From: Candidatus Saccharibacteria bacterium oral taxon 488
Lineage (GTDB): Bacteria > Patescibacteriota > Saccharimonadia > Saccharimonadales > Saccharimonadaceae
Direction of reading: 5' to 3'
Length of the DNA stretch: 32,000 nt
Assembly: GCA_010202845.1 (NCBI GenBank)
Contig: CP047921.1
Location: forward strand, 810,001 to 842,000
Position 1 is the first letter of the stretch; every line of letters begins with the position of its first letter. The position numbers and the translations under genes are program-made. The notes under the pieces are model-generated. The model saw nothing but the letters and a program-made list of their open reading frames with translations. It did not search any database and was not told the origin of the DNA. This document shows positions 1-7,860 of this stretch, in pieces.

Positions 1-1815
1 TAATTCATCACCCAATTTCTGTGGCAGATCAACGGCAAGTTGAGTGTCATTTCTATCAACTGCTGTGTGTTTATCTGGTAGATTCGGCGTAATGTCTATC
101 ATTTCTACAGATGCCGCCACATCAGTTTTATTTGTTGTATTTACCACATCATTCGCTACAAATACATCTGTTTCTACATCATCAATCTTCGGCTGTACCA
201 AATTATTATCAAAATCGGCACGGTCGCCGATAATCAAAGAGTTCTCGCTACTTTCGACAGACATCTGCTCCTGTGACAATATAGCTTGCGGTGTTCTGCC
301 AGATTGACCAATAGAATAACTGCCTGGCGATTGGTACGTCTCGTTTTTATCGTATTCCGCCGGCACGCTAGCCGCGACCGTTCGCTCCTGAGATAGCGGC
401 ACATCGTCTACGTCCGGCGTCAAGTTACCGGGCTGTACATTATCAGCACCGTCAAGAGCTTGGATAGAGCCATCACAACCTGCCACCGTGCCAAGTTCAG
501 CTTCGCGAGGCTGTGTATTTTGTAGCGGCTTGACATTAGAACCATCAATTGATTCTGCCGCCGGCTTATTCATCTCTGTTGCATCAAATTGCGCTGCCGA
601 CCGCTGTTCAGAAGCTGACGTGAAGCTGCTTGCTGCCGTTTGTCTCGGTTCAGAATCAGACAGTTTTGGCGCTGCCGCAACAACGTTATTTTCTTTCGGA
701 TGTTCAATTGATGATGGTTTTATACTTGACGGCGCAGTAGCTTCATCACCATTATATGTATTTTCTACAACACTATCGACGAGTTTATTTTCGCCAGACA
801 ATAAGTTGGCAGTTTCATTTTTTGGCAAAGTATTATTCTCGTTAGCGGTTTGAGTATCCTCGCTTACCGCTGGCGATGACAGCACAGTTCTCGTTTTCGT
901 TCGTGTCGGTATGTCTGAAGATTCAAATGCTGGCTGCTGGTTTTCTTTATCTGCTGCACCAGAAATAACATCAAAAGTCTGCTGTTTTATTTCTATCGAC
1001 GGACGATTTTCCTCTGTTGGTTCGGCAAAATACTCCTCGCCAGATGTATTAACGAACGCTCCGCTAACATTTTCTGGCTGGGCTTCTCTAATCTCATCAA
1101 CATTATCAGCGGCATCTTCCGTAGCAACTGTTGGTTCCAAAAACGATTGTTCCGCCTCCTTAATATCCGCAGGTTCGTCTGGAGATTCTGTTGTTTCACT
1201 AGTCGGGATTTCATTGCCTTGATTCGGCGGCGCAACCTGCTCAATTAGTTTATCCGTCTTATCATCGCTTGTTTCAGTGATATCTGCATTTGTTAAATCC
1301 GCCCCGCTATCAGGATTAGCGTAACCCGCCACGACAATGCCGTCATCGTCGTCACTCAACAGATCTCTTAAATACGATTCGCGTTCTGGCGCTGGCTGCA
1401 AATTTTCATTAGCAAAATTGCGCATACGTAAAATCGGACAGTCGTCGCGTGCCGCGCAACTAGCACAGGCGGCGCTCGCCACACCTTGACATATTGCTAC
1501 CCTTCGCTCATCACTCATCCGGTTTTCCGACGAATTAATCTCGCTTTTGCCGGCAAGCGATAACGCGTCAACCGGCGCATCAGGCATATCTTTTAAGTCG
1601 GTGCTGCCATCCATGAAAGTATCAAGCTTTTCTTTGCCGCCAGCCACCGCTACTAAGTCAAGGCCGCTTGCCGCCTCGTCCGTATCAGCATTTACCTCTT
1701 CACCAATGTCGCCAATGCCAGACGAAAAATCCTCACCTCTCAGCGACGAAATGTCAAAACCATCACCGTCAATTCCTGCCGGTGATGATTCTCTTGTAGT
1801 CGCCTCCCCAATCAT
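1..1815 (-). CDS. Acidic low-complexity protein with a single four-Cys cluster (Cx7Cx2Cx5CP). The N-terminus is complete and the C-terminus runs off the left edge.
   Basis: Hand translation of the reverse strand. The ATG at 1815-1813 overlaps the TGA of the upstream gene (ATGA). It is followed by 604 sense codons with no stop down to base 1. The ORF is missing from the supplied track because it has no in-window stop. It starts MIGEATTRESSPAGIDGDGFDISS and contains RRVAICQGVASAACASCAARDDCPILRM (Cys codons 1491-1438). The rest is D/E/S/T/P/N-rich with no hydrophobic segment. Confidence 0.7.
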   Translation of the reverse strand, partial: MIGEATTRESSPAGIDGDGFDISSLRGEDFSSGIGDIGEEVNADTDEAASGLDLVAVAGGKEKLDTFMDGSTDLKDMPDAPVDALSLAGKSEINSSENRMSDERRVAICQGVASAACASCAARDDCPILRMRNFANENLQPAPERESYLRDLLSDDDDGIVVAGYANPDSGADLTNADITETSDDKTDKLIEQVAPPNQGNEIPTSETTESPDEPADIKEAEQSFLEPTVATEDAADNVDEIREAQPENVSGAFVNTSGEEYFAEPTEENRPSIEIKQQTFDVISGAADKENQQPAFESSDIPTRTKTRTVLSSPAVSEDTQTANENNTLPKNETANLLSGENKLVDSVVENTYNGDEATAPSSIKPSSIEHPKENNVVAAAPKLSDSEPRQTAASSFTSASEQRSAAQFDATEMNKPAAESIDGSNVKPLQNTQPREAELGTVAGCDGSIQALDGADNVQPGNLTPDVDDVPLSQERTVAASVPAEYDKNETYQSPGSYSIGQSGRTPQAILSQEQMSVESSENSLIIGDRADFDNNLVQPKIDDVETDVFVANDVVNTTNKTDVAASVEMIDITPNLPDKHTAVDRNDTQLAVDLPQKLGDEL

Positions 1816-2474
1816 TGCTCAAAAAATGTCTCCGTTGAAATATGTGATTCGTCGACACCAGCGGCGGTTAGTTTTTGCCAAACATCGCGCACAAATGGCA
1901 GGCTGCCGCAGACCAGAAAATGCGCATCATCCGGCACTTCACTCACAATGTTCGCCGCCTCAAACCGCCCATTCCGCCAGCCATCTTTCTCCTTAACCTG
2001 CTGGCGGGTACTAAACTTTTTGACCGTAATATTTGACGCTGCCAGCTCCTCAGTAAACACCATATATTCCGGCGATTTTTGACTCAAATAGAGAAAGGTC
2101 GACTGCTGGGCATCCGCCAAAATACTCCAAATAGGACTGAGCCCGCACCCCGCCGCAATGCCAACCAGCGGCTGCTCAGTCTGCGGGTTGAAATCGCCGT
2201 ACGCCCGACTAATCTGCAGCGTGTCGCCAACACGGCGCGAACACAAATAGCTCGAGAATTCGCCGCCCACATTTTTCACGGTAATTGACATCAGCTCCTC
2301 ACTCGGACGCGAGGAAATACTATAAGCCTTGCCTTCGCGCACCTGACTGCCATCGATAAATACCGTAATGTATTGCCCCGCCATAAAGTCAATCGGCCGC
2401 ACAAAATACAGTGTCGTCACCTCGGGGTTTTCCTGGCGCACCCGCACAATTTCAACCGTTAGTGAATCACGCAT
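1812..2474 (-). CDS. FNR-family FAD/NAD(P)-binding oxidoreductase (ferredoxin/flavodoxin reductase-like), 220 aa
   Basis: Motifs: KAYSISS (RxYS-type flavin-binding motif) and GIAAGCGLSP (GxGxxP nucleotide-binding motif). It has the two-domain length typical of plain FNR modules. The start overlaps the nrdG stop by 16 nt and the stop overlaps the next ATG. Confidence 0.8.
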   Translation of the reverse strand: MRDSLTVEIVRVRQENPEVTTLYFVRPIDFMAGQYITVFIDGSQVREGKAYSISSRPSEELMSITVKNVGGEFSSYLCSRRVGDTLQISRAYGDFNPQTEQPLVGIAAGCGLSPIWSILADAQQSTFLYLSQKSPEYMVFTEELAASNITVKKFSTRQQVKEKDGWRNGRFEAANIVSEVPDDAHFLVCGSLPFVRDVWQKLTAAGVDESHISTETFFEQ

Positions 2475-3202
2475 TCGTCAACGTACCTTTCCATTATGTT
2501 TTTGGCAGCTCTAAACTCTTCGTCGGTAAACGTGTGGTAGTTGGCAAACTTCGGGCTAATCGTCGTACCGGTGCGAAAATGCTGCAAAGCAAACCGTTTA
2601 GCGCCTTTGACCAACTCGCCAATCTTTTCAAAATCCGCCACCCCCAGCTGCTCGCGGACGATCGTCGTCCGAAATTCATGACCAATCCCTGAGTCAATCA
2701 TCAGCCGCACATTGTCCTTGATCGCCGCTAGATCAATCGGCCGCGCCGCAATTTCTACGTATTTCTCTAACGGACCTTTGACGTCCATAGCGATAAAATC
2801 AATCGTCCCCTCTTCAATCATACCGCGCACCATGTCAGGATGCGTACCGTTGGTATCCAGCTTGACATCAAACCCCAGACTCTTGATCATCCGGCACAGC
2901 ACCGGCAAATCCTCGTGTACCGTCGGCTCGCCACCAGAAATCACCACACCGTCTAGCCGACCAATGCGCGATTTTAGGAATATCATCGCCTCCTCGACTG
3001 GGATACTTGGCGCTAACCGCTCGGGTAGTACCAGTTCAGGATTATGGCAGTAGCCGCAGCGCATATTGCAGCCAGAGAGAAACAGCGCTGCCGCCACGTG
3101 TCCGGGATAGTCCACCAGCGACAGCTTCTGAATCCCGCCGATCGCCACCCTAAGCTGGGACAGCGACGGCGCAAGCTCGCTGGTGTTCGGCGGCATCGTC
3201 AT
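2459..3202 (-). CDS. nrdG: Anaerobic ribonucleoside-triphosphate reductase activating protein (radical SAM)
   Basis: SLVDYPG is followed by CNMRCGYCHN (CxxxCxxC), directly downstream of nrdD. ATG 3202 has a GAGGGAG Shine-Dalgarno sequence but overlaps nrdD by 53 nt. An alternative GTG at 3148, immediately after the nrdD TAG (3152-3150), would give 229 aa. Confidence 0.9.
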   Translation of the reverse strand: MTMPPNTSELAPSLSQLRVAIGGIQKLSLVDYPGHVAAALFLSGCNMRCGYCHNPELVLPERLAPSIPVEEAMIFLKSRIGRLDGVVISGGEPTVHEDLPVLCRMIKSLGFDVKLDTNGTHPDMVRGMIEEGTIDFIAMDVKGPLEKYVEIAARPIDLAAIKDNVRLMIDSGIGHEFRTTIVREQLGVADFEKIGELVKGAKRFALQHFRTGTTISPKFANYHTFTDEEFRAAKNIMERYVDECVIH

Positions 3203-5285
3203 AATGCTCCCTCATGTCAAATTCAGCTTGCTTGCCGTTGTTCCACTGGGAAACTGGGCGCAAGAAACCAACCACCCGCGAGTACACCTCGGTAGTTTCG
3301 CCGCAGTGCGGGCAAGCCGGATGTTCGCCAACGATATAACCGTGGTTAGCACAAATCGAGAAGCTTGGGCTAAAGGTAAAGTACGGCAGTTTGTAATGTT
3401 CGCAAATCATCTTAACTAATTTTTTCAGCGTCTGTGGATCATCCATGCGCTCGCCCAGGAAGAAGTGAATCACCGTGCCGCCCGTGTATTTGGTTTGTAG
3501 TTCGTCCTGGAGGTCCAGCAACTCAAACAGGTCGTCAGTGTAATTAACCGGTAGGTGGCTAGAGTTGGTGTAGAACGGATGCTTGACCGTGGCGCCGAGT
3601 CCATTGGCAAAGTGTGCTCGGTCGGGGAAGCTGGCCTTGTCAAGCTGCGCCAAGCGATAGGTCGTGCCCTCAGCTGGCGTCGCCTCCAGGTTGTAATTAT
3701 TGCCCGTTTCTTTCTGGTATTCCACCAAGCGGTCGCGCATGAAGTCAAGCGTTTTCTCGGCAAAGACTTTACCTTTTTCAGTGCCAATGTCAACGCCCAG
3801 CAAGTTCAGTGCCGCTTCGTTAGTACCGATCAAGCCGATGGTTGAAAAGTGATTCTTCCAGTACTCGTTGAAGCGCTTTTTAATATCGCGCAGGTAAAAC
3901 TTGGTGTACGGATACAGGCTGATATCCGAATCGGTTAGCTGTTCCAACACCTTGCGTTTGGTCTCCAGGCTGTCGCGCGCCATATCCATCAGCTCGCCCA
4001 GGCCCTTGAAAAACTCTTTCTCGTTCTTCGATTTCAGCGCCAAGCGCGGCAGGTTAATCGTCACCACGCCGATTGAGCCGGTCATCGGATTACTGCCAAA
4101 CAAGCCGCCGCCGCGATATTCCAGCTGGCGATTATCAATGCGCAAGCGGCAGCACATCGAGCGCGCATCCTCTGGATCCATGTCGGAATTGATGAAGTTT
4201 GAGAAGTACGGAATGCCGTACTTGGCACTAGCCTCCCAAAGATTTTCAATGACCGGATTATCCCAGTTGAAATCCTTGGTGATATTGACCGTCGGAATCG
4301 GGAAGGTGAAGACTCGGCCATTGGCGTCGCCCTCAGACAACACCTCGAGCAGCGCTTTGTTAAGCATATTCATCTCTTCTTGATAATCGCCGTAGTTGGT
4401 ATCCTGCATCTCGCCGCCGATGATCACAGGGTTACCAGCCATGTGCTTTGGACATTCCAGATCGAGCGTAATGTTGGTAAACGGCGTCTGGAAACCGACC
4501 CGCGTTGGTACGTTAACGTTAAAGACGAATTCTTGCAGCGCTTGCTTGACCTCGTCATAGCTCAGCTTATCAGCGCGAATGAACGGCGCTAAGAGCGTGT
4601 CAAAATCAGAGAACGCCTGAGCGCCAGCCGCTTCGCCCTGCAAAGTGTAAAAGAAATTGACCACCTGCCCAAGAGCCGAACGGAAATGCTTGGCTGGCTT
4701 GGAGGCAACCTTGTTTTTAACGCCAGTGAACCCTTGGCGCAGCAAGTCCATCAAATCCCAGCCAACACAGTAAACGCTCAGCAAATTAAGGTCGTGAATA
4801 TGCAAGTCACCCTCTTTATGCGCCCGGCCGATTTTCGGCGAATAGATTTTATCCAGCCAGTAGGTCTTAGTAATTTCCGCCGAAACGTAATTATTCAGGC
4901 CCTGCAAACTATAGCCCATGTTGGAGTTTTCTTTGACTTTCCAGTCCAAGTTGTTGACGTATTTATCGATCAAATCGACGTGCGCATTGGAAGTAATTTC
5001 ACGCAGTTTTTTATGCTGGTCGCGGTAAATGATGTAGGCCTTGGCGGTTTTCTTAAACTTAGAATCAATCAAAATATCCTCGACGACATCCTGAATATCC
5101 TCGACACCCGGCAGACGTTTTTGATTGCGGGTTTCCAGTACCGCCAATACCTTGTCAGTCAATTTAACGGCCTGCTTGGCGTCAAACTCGCCGGTCTCTA
5201 GGCCCGCCTTCTCGATGGCCTTTTCAATTTTTTTACGGTCAAATTTGACAGTCCGACCGTCGCGTTTTTTGATTGATTTGTACAT
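3150..5285 (-). CDS. nrdD: Class III (anaerobic) ribonucleoside-triphosphate reductase
   Basis: 711 aa. It has an ATP-cone-like N-terminus (KRDGRTVKFDRKKIEKAIEKA), active-site SMCCRLR, a C-terminal CPHCG zinc ribbon and the glycyl-radical loop VYSRVVGFLRPVSQWNNGK. An AAGGAGG Shine-Dalgarno sequence lies 3 nt before the ATG. Confidence 0.95.
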   Translation of the reverse strand: MYKSIKKRDGRTVKFDRKKIEKAIEKAGLETGEFDAKQAVKLTDKVLAVLETRNQKRLPGVEDIQDVVEDILIDSKFKKTAKAYIIYRDQHKKLREITSNAHVDLIDKYVNNLDWKVKENSNMGYSLQGLNNYVSAEITKTYWLDKIYSPKIGRAHKEGDLHIHDLNLLSVYCVGWDLMDLLRQGFTGVKNKVASKPAKHFRSALGQVVNFFYTLQGEAAGAQAFSDFDTLLAPFIRADKLSYDEVKQALQEFVFNVNVPTRVGFQTPFTNITLDLECPKHMAGNPVIIGGEMQDTNYGDYQEEMNMLNKALLEVLSEGDANGRVFTFPIPTVNITKDFNWDNPVIENLWEASAKYGIPYFSNFINSDMDPEDARSMCCRLRIDNRQLEYRGGGLFGSNPMTGSIGVVTINLPRLALKSKNEKEFFKGLGELMDMARDSLETKRKVLEQLTDSDISLYPYTKFYLRDIKKRFNEYWKNHFSTIGLIGTNEAALNLLGVDIGTEKGKVFAEKTLDFMRDRLVEYQKETGNNYNLEATPAEGTTYRLAQLDKASFPDRAHFANGLGATVKHPFYTNSSHLPVNYTDDLFELLDLQDELQTKYTGGTVIHFFLGERMDDPQTLKKLVKMICEHYKLPYFTFSPSFSICANHGYIVGEHPACPHCGETTEVYSRVVGFLRPVSQWNNGKQAEFDMREHYDDAAEHQRACAVAVPA

Positions 5286-5369
5286 ACCCCTCCTTATGAT
5301 GACAATAGCAAACCAGCCCCAACCTCCCCGAGGGACTCGTGTTGCAAAAAACGTTATTTATTTTCTAAA

Positions 5370-5385
5370 ACACCATATCTAGTGC
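5370..5385 (-). promoter_or_regulatory. NrdR-box-like operator 1 (promoter-proximal, downstream of the -10)
   Basis: acaccatatctagtgc matches the published NrdR-box consensus acaCwAtATaTwGtgt, as I recall it, at 13 of 16 positions. Confidence 0.6.
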
Positions 5386-5394
5386 TTAATATAG

Positions 5395-5424
5395 AATATA
5401 CACGCGATATATAGCGTTTGTCAA
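5395..5424 (-). promoter_or_regulatory. Predicted nrdD promoter, TTGACA-N18-TATATT
   Basis: On the minus strand, TTGACA is at 5424-5419 and TATATT at 5400-5395. This leaves a leader of about 100 nt before the nrdD ATG. Confidence 0.55.
5402..5417 (-). promoter_or_regulatory. NrdR-box-like operator 2 (between -35 and -10)
   Basis: acgcgatatatagcgt is a 14/16 palindrome and matches the NrdR consensus at 13/16. Its centre lies 32 bp from the centre of box 1, which is the usual tandem spacing. Confidence 0.6.
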
Positions 5425-5443
5425 CGAAAATACATTGTATTAT

Positions 5444-5983
5444 TTACATGTGAGATGCGGAAGTATTTGTTCCCTCTGATAATACCAAAACGTCACGGTA
5501 AATCATATCAACAATTTCCGCCTGAGCCAGCTTCTCGCCAATTGGCTGCTCACCTGGCACATCCAAAACATCCTGATCTTTCCACCACTGGCGCATTTCC
5601 GATTCGCCAAATTCATGAGCGTTTGGCTTAGTGGCGTGGCGGCGCACCGTTTCTGCAAACGACACGTCAAAATAATAGACCAGCTTATCACCCTGAAAAT
5701 CATTCAGCAGCCGACGCAGCATCGCGCCGTATTTTTTATTACTCAAAATACCCTCCAAAATCACCGTATAACCAACGTTATTGCCGTACATGCACAGATC
5801 ATAAATCAGCTGAATCGCCGGGTTGCTTTCACTGTCTTTCACGCGAAGTATCTCCCGCCGCACCATATCCTGCGACACCAGCATCGTGCCGTAGCCTAGC
5901 CGACGCTGGAGCAAGCGCGCCGTGCTGGTTTTACCGCAACCAGAATTACCGCGGAGAATGATCAGCGGATGAGAGGTCGTCAT
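5444..5983 (-). CDS. Small P-loop kinase (AAA_33 / chloramphenicol-phosphotransferase-like size class), 179 aa
   Basis: Walker A GNSGCGKTS lies near the N-terminus. The short single-domain length fits this class. The start overlaps the stop of the upstream APH-like gene (ATGA). Confidence 0.7.
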   Translation of the reverse strand: MTTSHPLIILRGNSGCGKTSTARLLQRRLGYGTMLVSQDMVRREILRVKDSESNPAIQLIYDLCMYGNNVGYTVILEGILSNKKYGAMLRRLLNDFQGDKLVYYFDVSFAETVRRHATKPNAHEFGESEMRQWWKDQDVLDVPGEQPIGEKLAQAEIVDMIYRDVLVLSEGTNTSASHM

Positions 5984-6990
5984 ATACGCTCCAGTAAATC
6001 ATAAGCGGTGGCCGCTGACAGCGCCTGCATTTGGCGAAGATTATCGCCTGACTTAAGCGGCGGTTTGAGGCTGCGGATAAGATAAAAGCCAACAAATGCC
6101 GCTAACATCTCCGCATTGAGTTCATCCAACCACGGCGTTACGTCATGACCATGTCGCACCATATCGATCAGAAACTCCGTCGCACCAGACCCCCGAGGCG
6201 CATAGGAAGCCCAATTCCAATCGACCAATTTCAGCTCACCAGTTTGCGGATGAAACGCCAAATTATCACTGCGAACATCACTGTGATCAAAACAGTCTTC
6301 TGGCTGTTTAGCGAACCGTTTAGCACGTACCGAAATATCAACTAATTTATCGCTCTCGCCCAGTAAATCAATCGTCTTTTGGCAACGCCGCTGGTTAACT
6401 TCTGATTGTTCTGGTAATAGTGTCCGGTAATTCTCGATCAGCTGACGGCGAATATCAGCCTCGGCAATAATTCTATCAATGCCCTCATCCAAGCCGAGTT
6501 CCGCCGTCGTAAACGGCTGTAATTGCAGCTCCTCAACCACTTCATGCGGCAACTCCGTTTTTTCCAACTCGCGAGTTGCCGCTACCACCGCTGAAATATA
6601 TCGTTTCACCACAAATTTTTCCGCTGGCGGCTGCCATAGCCAGCCGTCGGCTGACGCATAACTGGTTGTCATCAGCACGTACCCGTCGCCATCCAGTTTT
6701 ATCCAATCGGCAACATATTGCGGGTGAAGTTTCTGCAATAACCTTGTCACTTCATAATCTTTTTTCAGCCAAGCTAATTCCCGCTCGCCATCGTCCGGCA
6801 GTAAATCGACATCAACCTCTTTGACAAAAATTGTCTTATCGCCCGCCGACACCAAGGCGCGGCGATTGCGCGAAAAGCCGCCGCTCACCGAGGTAATTTG
6901 TAAATCAGATACATCGACACCGAGCTCCGTTGCAGCACACTGCAATGATCTGTCGGTCAGCAACTTATCAGGGCGAGGCAAGGTTTCCAT
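5980..6990 (-). CDS. Aminoglycoside/choline-kinase-family phosphotransferase (APH-like), 336 aa
   Basis: The catalytic loop is FDHSDVRSDNLAF (HxDxxxxN), followed by LVDWNWA (the metal-binding Asp). An N-terminal GGFSRNR...FVKEV region serves as the nucleotide-binding lobe. Confidence 0.8.
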   Translation of the reverse strand: METLPRPDKLLTDRSLQCAATELGVDVSDLQITSVSGGFSRNRRALVSAGDKTIFVKEVDVDLLPDDGERELAWLKKDYEVTRLLQKLHPQYVADWIKLDGDGYVLMTTSYASADGWLWQPPAEKFVVKRYISAVVAATRELEKTELPHEVVEELQLQPFTTAELGLDEGIDRIIAEADIRRQLIENYRTLLPEQSEVNQRRCQKTIDLLGESDKLVDISVRAKRFAKQPEDCFDHSDVRSDNLAFHPQTGELKLVDWNWASYAPRGSGATEFLIDMVRHGHDVTPWLDELNAEMLAAFVGFYLIRSLKPPLKSGDNLRQMQALSAATAYDLLERI

Positions 6991-6996
6991 ATGGAA

Positions 6997-7002
6997 ATTA
7001 TA
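6997..7002 (-). promoter_or_regulatory. Extended -10 (TGtTATAAT) 6 nt upstream of ATG 6990; predicted leaderless start
   Basis: The minus strand reads gtaaaTGtTATAATttccatATG. There is no Shine-Dalgarno sequence. Confidence 0.5.
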
Positions 7003-7080
7003 ACATTTACCATATACCTGTTCTATTGCGCCATATAATCAAACAGATCTATGTCAGTCATATAACGTCAGTTTCCTGAA

Positions 7081-7860
7081 TTACACTCCCGTATCTCGCC
7101 GATAAAAGCCAATCGCTGCCACGCCAAGCGCCGCTAAGCTCACAAAGATTAAGACTACCAATTTTCCTAGGTCTAATCCATCCATCAAACTGCCCGGAAT
7201 GTTGTAGTAATGGATCAGCGACCAAATGTCGTAATCTTTCCAACTTTCGATCAACTTGGCGGTAATCGACAGGGCGTACATTGCTAGAAAAATTAGACTA
7301 CCAACGCCGACGGCCAGCCCGCGCCTACCTGTCACTGCCTGGGTGACAAAGGTGAGGCTGCCAAAACTAAGCCCCAAAAGCCACAAGCTCACACAGGCCC
7401 CGGCAACGTGAGTGAGGTTTGGATGAAAGTCGAACAGCGGACCGATGAGCACAATCGTCATACACAGCATCACTGGAGGAATCACCAACAATCCTGCCAT
7501 CGCCACATATTTTTGCAGCACAATCGTCACACGAGTCCGCCGACTAGCGAGGAGTAATTCCAGCGTTCCTGCATCCTCTTCCCGACCAATTACCCCAGCA
7601 CCCAAAATAATCGCCGTAATCACCACCCCGAACATCGCCACCAGCGGAAACAGCTCAATACTCAGCCAGCCCTCTGGCGTGGTGCCAATCGCCAAATCGC
7701 CAACTACCGCTTTCATGCCGGCTGGCATCATATTGATGAATGGACTTAATTGATCGCTAAATTTATTGAACAGCGCTGAGAACAACACCGCCACAACGCT
7801 AATTCCAATACCCAAAAACAGCGGCAGTTTGTAATTTTGCCGCACCGTCTGCCGCATCAT
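7081..7860 (-). CDS. ABC-2 type transporter permease, 259 aa
   Basis: About 6 hydrophobic segments are visible. The 4-nt overlap with the upstream ABC ATPase gene is typical of an exporter pair. Confidence 0.8.
   Translation of the reverse strand: MMRQTVRQNYKLPLFLGIGISVVAVLFSALFNKFSDQLSPFINMMPAGMKAVVGDLAIGTTPEGWLSIELFPLVAMFGVVITAIILGAGVIGREEDAGTLELLLASRRTRVTIVLQKYVAMAGLLVIPPVMLCMTIVLIGPLFDFHPNLTHVAGACVSLWLLGLSFGSLTFVTQAVTGRRGLAVGVGSLIFLAMYALSITAKLIESWKDYDIWSLIHYYNIPGSLMDGLDLGKLVVLIFVSLAALGVAAIGFYRRDTGV

Noticed and set aside
1438-1491. Calling the Cys cluster a WhiB-like (Wbl) or ferredoxin domain
   Set aside because: The CX2CX5C spacing resembles Wbl proteins. However, the first Cys is only 7 residues upstream, there is no GV/IWGG turn or basic tail, and the ferredoxin CxxCxxCxxxCP pattern is not met. 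Only a generic possible metal site is defensible.
44-1996. Plus-strand track ORFs 44-307, 488-853, 911-1222 and 1547-1996 (Ser/Ala/Cys-rich proteins)
   Set aside because: They are antisense shadows of the uninterrupted 605-codon minus-strand ORF. They are fragmentary, lie in different frames, have implausible compositions, and lack start-site signals.
3470-5201. Plus- and minus-strand off-frame ORFs inside nrdD (for example 3901-4383 and 4686-5201)
   Set aside because: They lie entirely within a gene with unmistakable NrdD motifs. They are long only because of codon bias on the opposite strand or frame.
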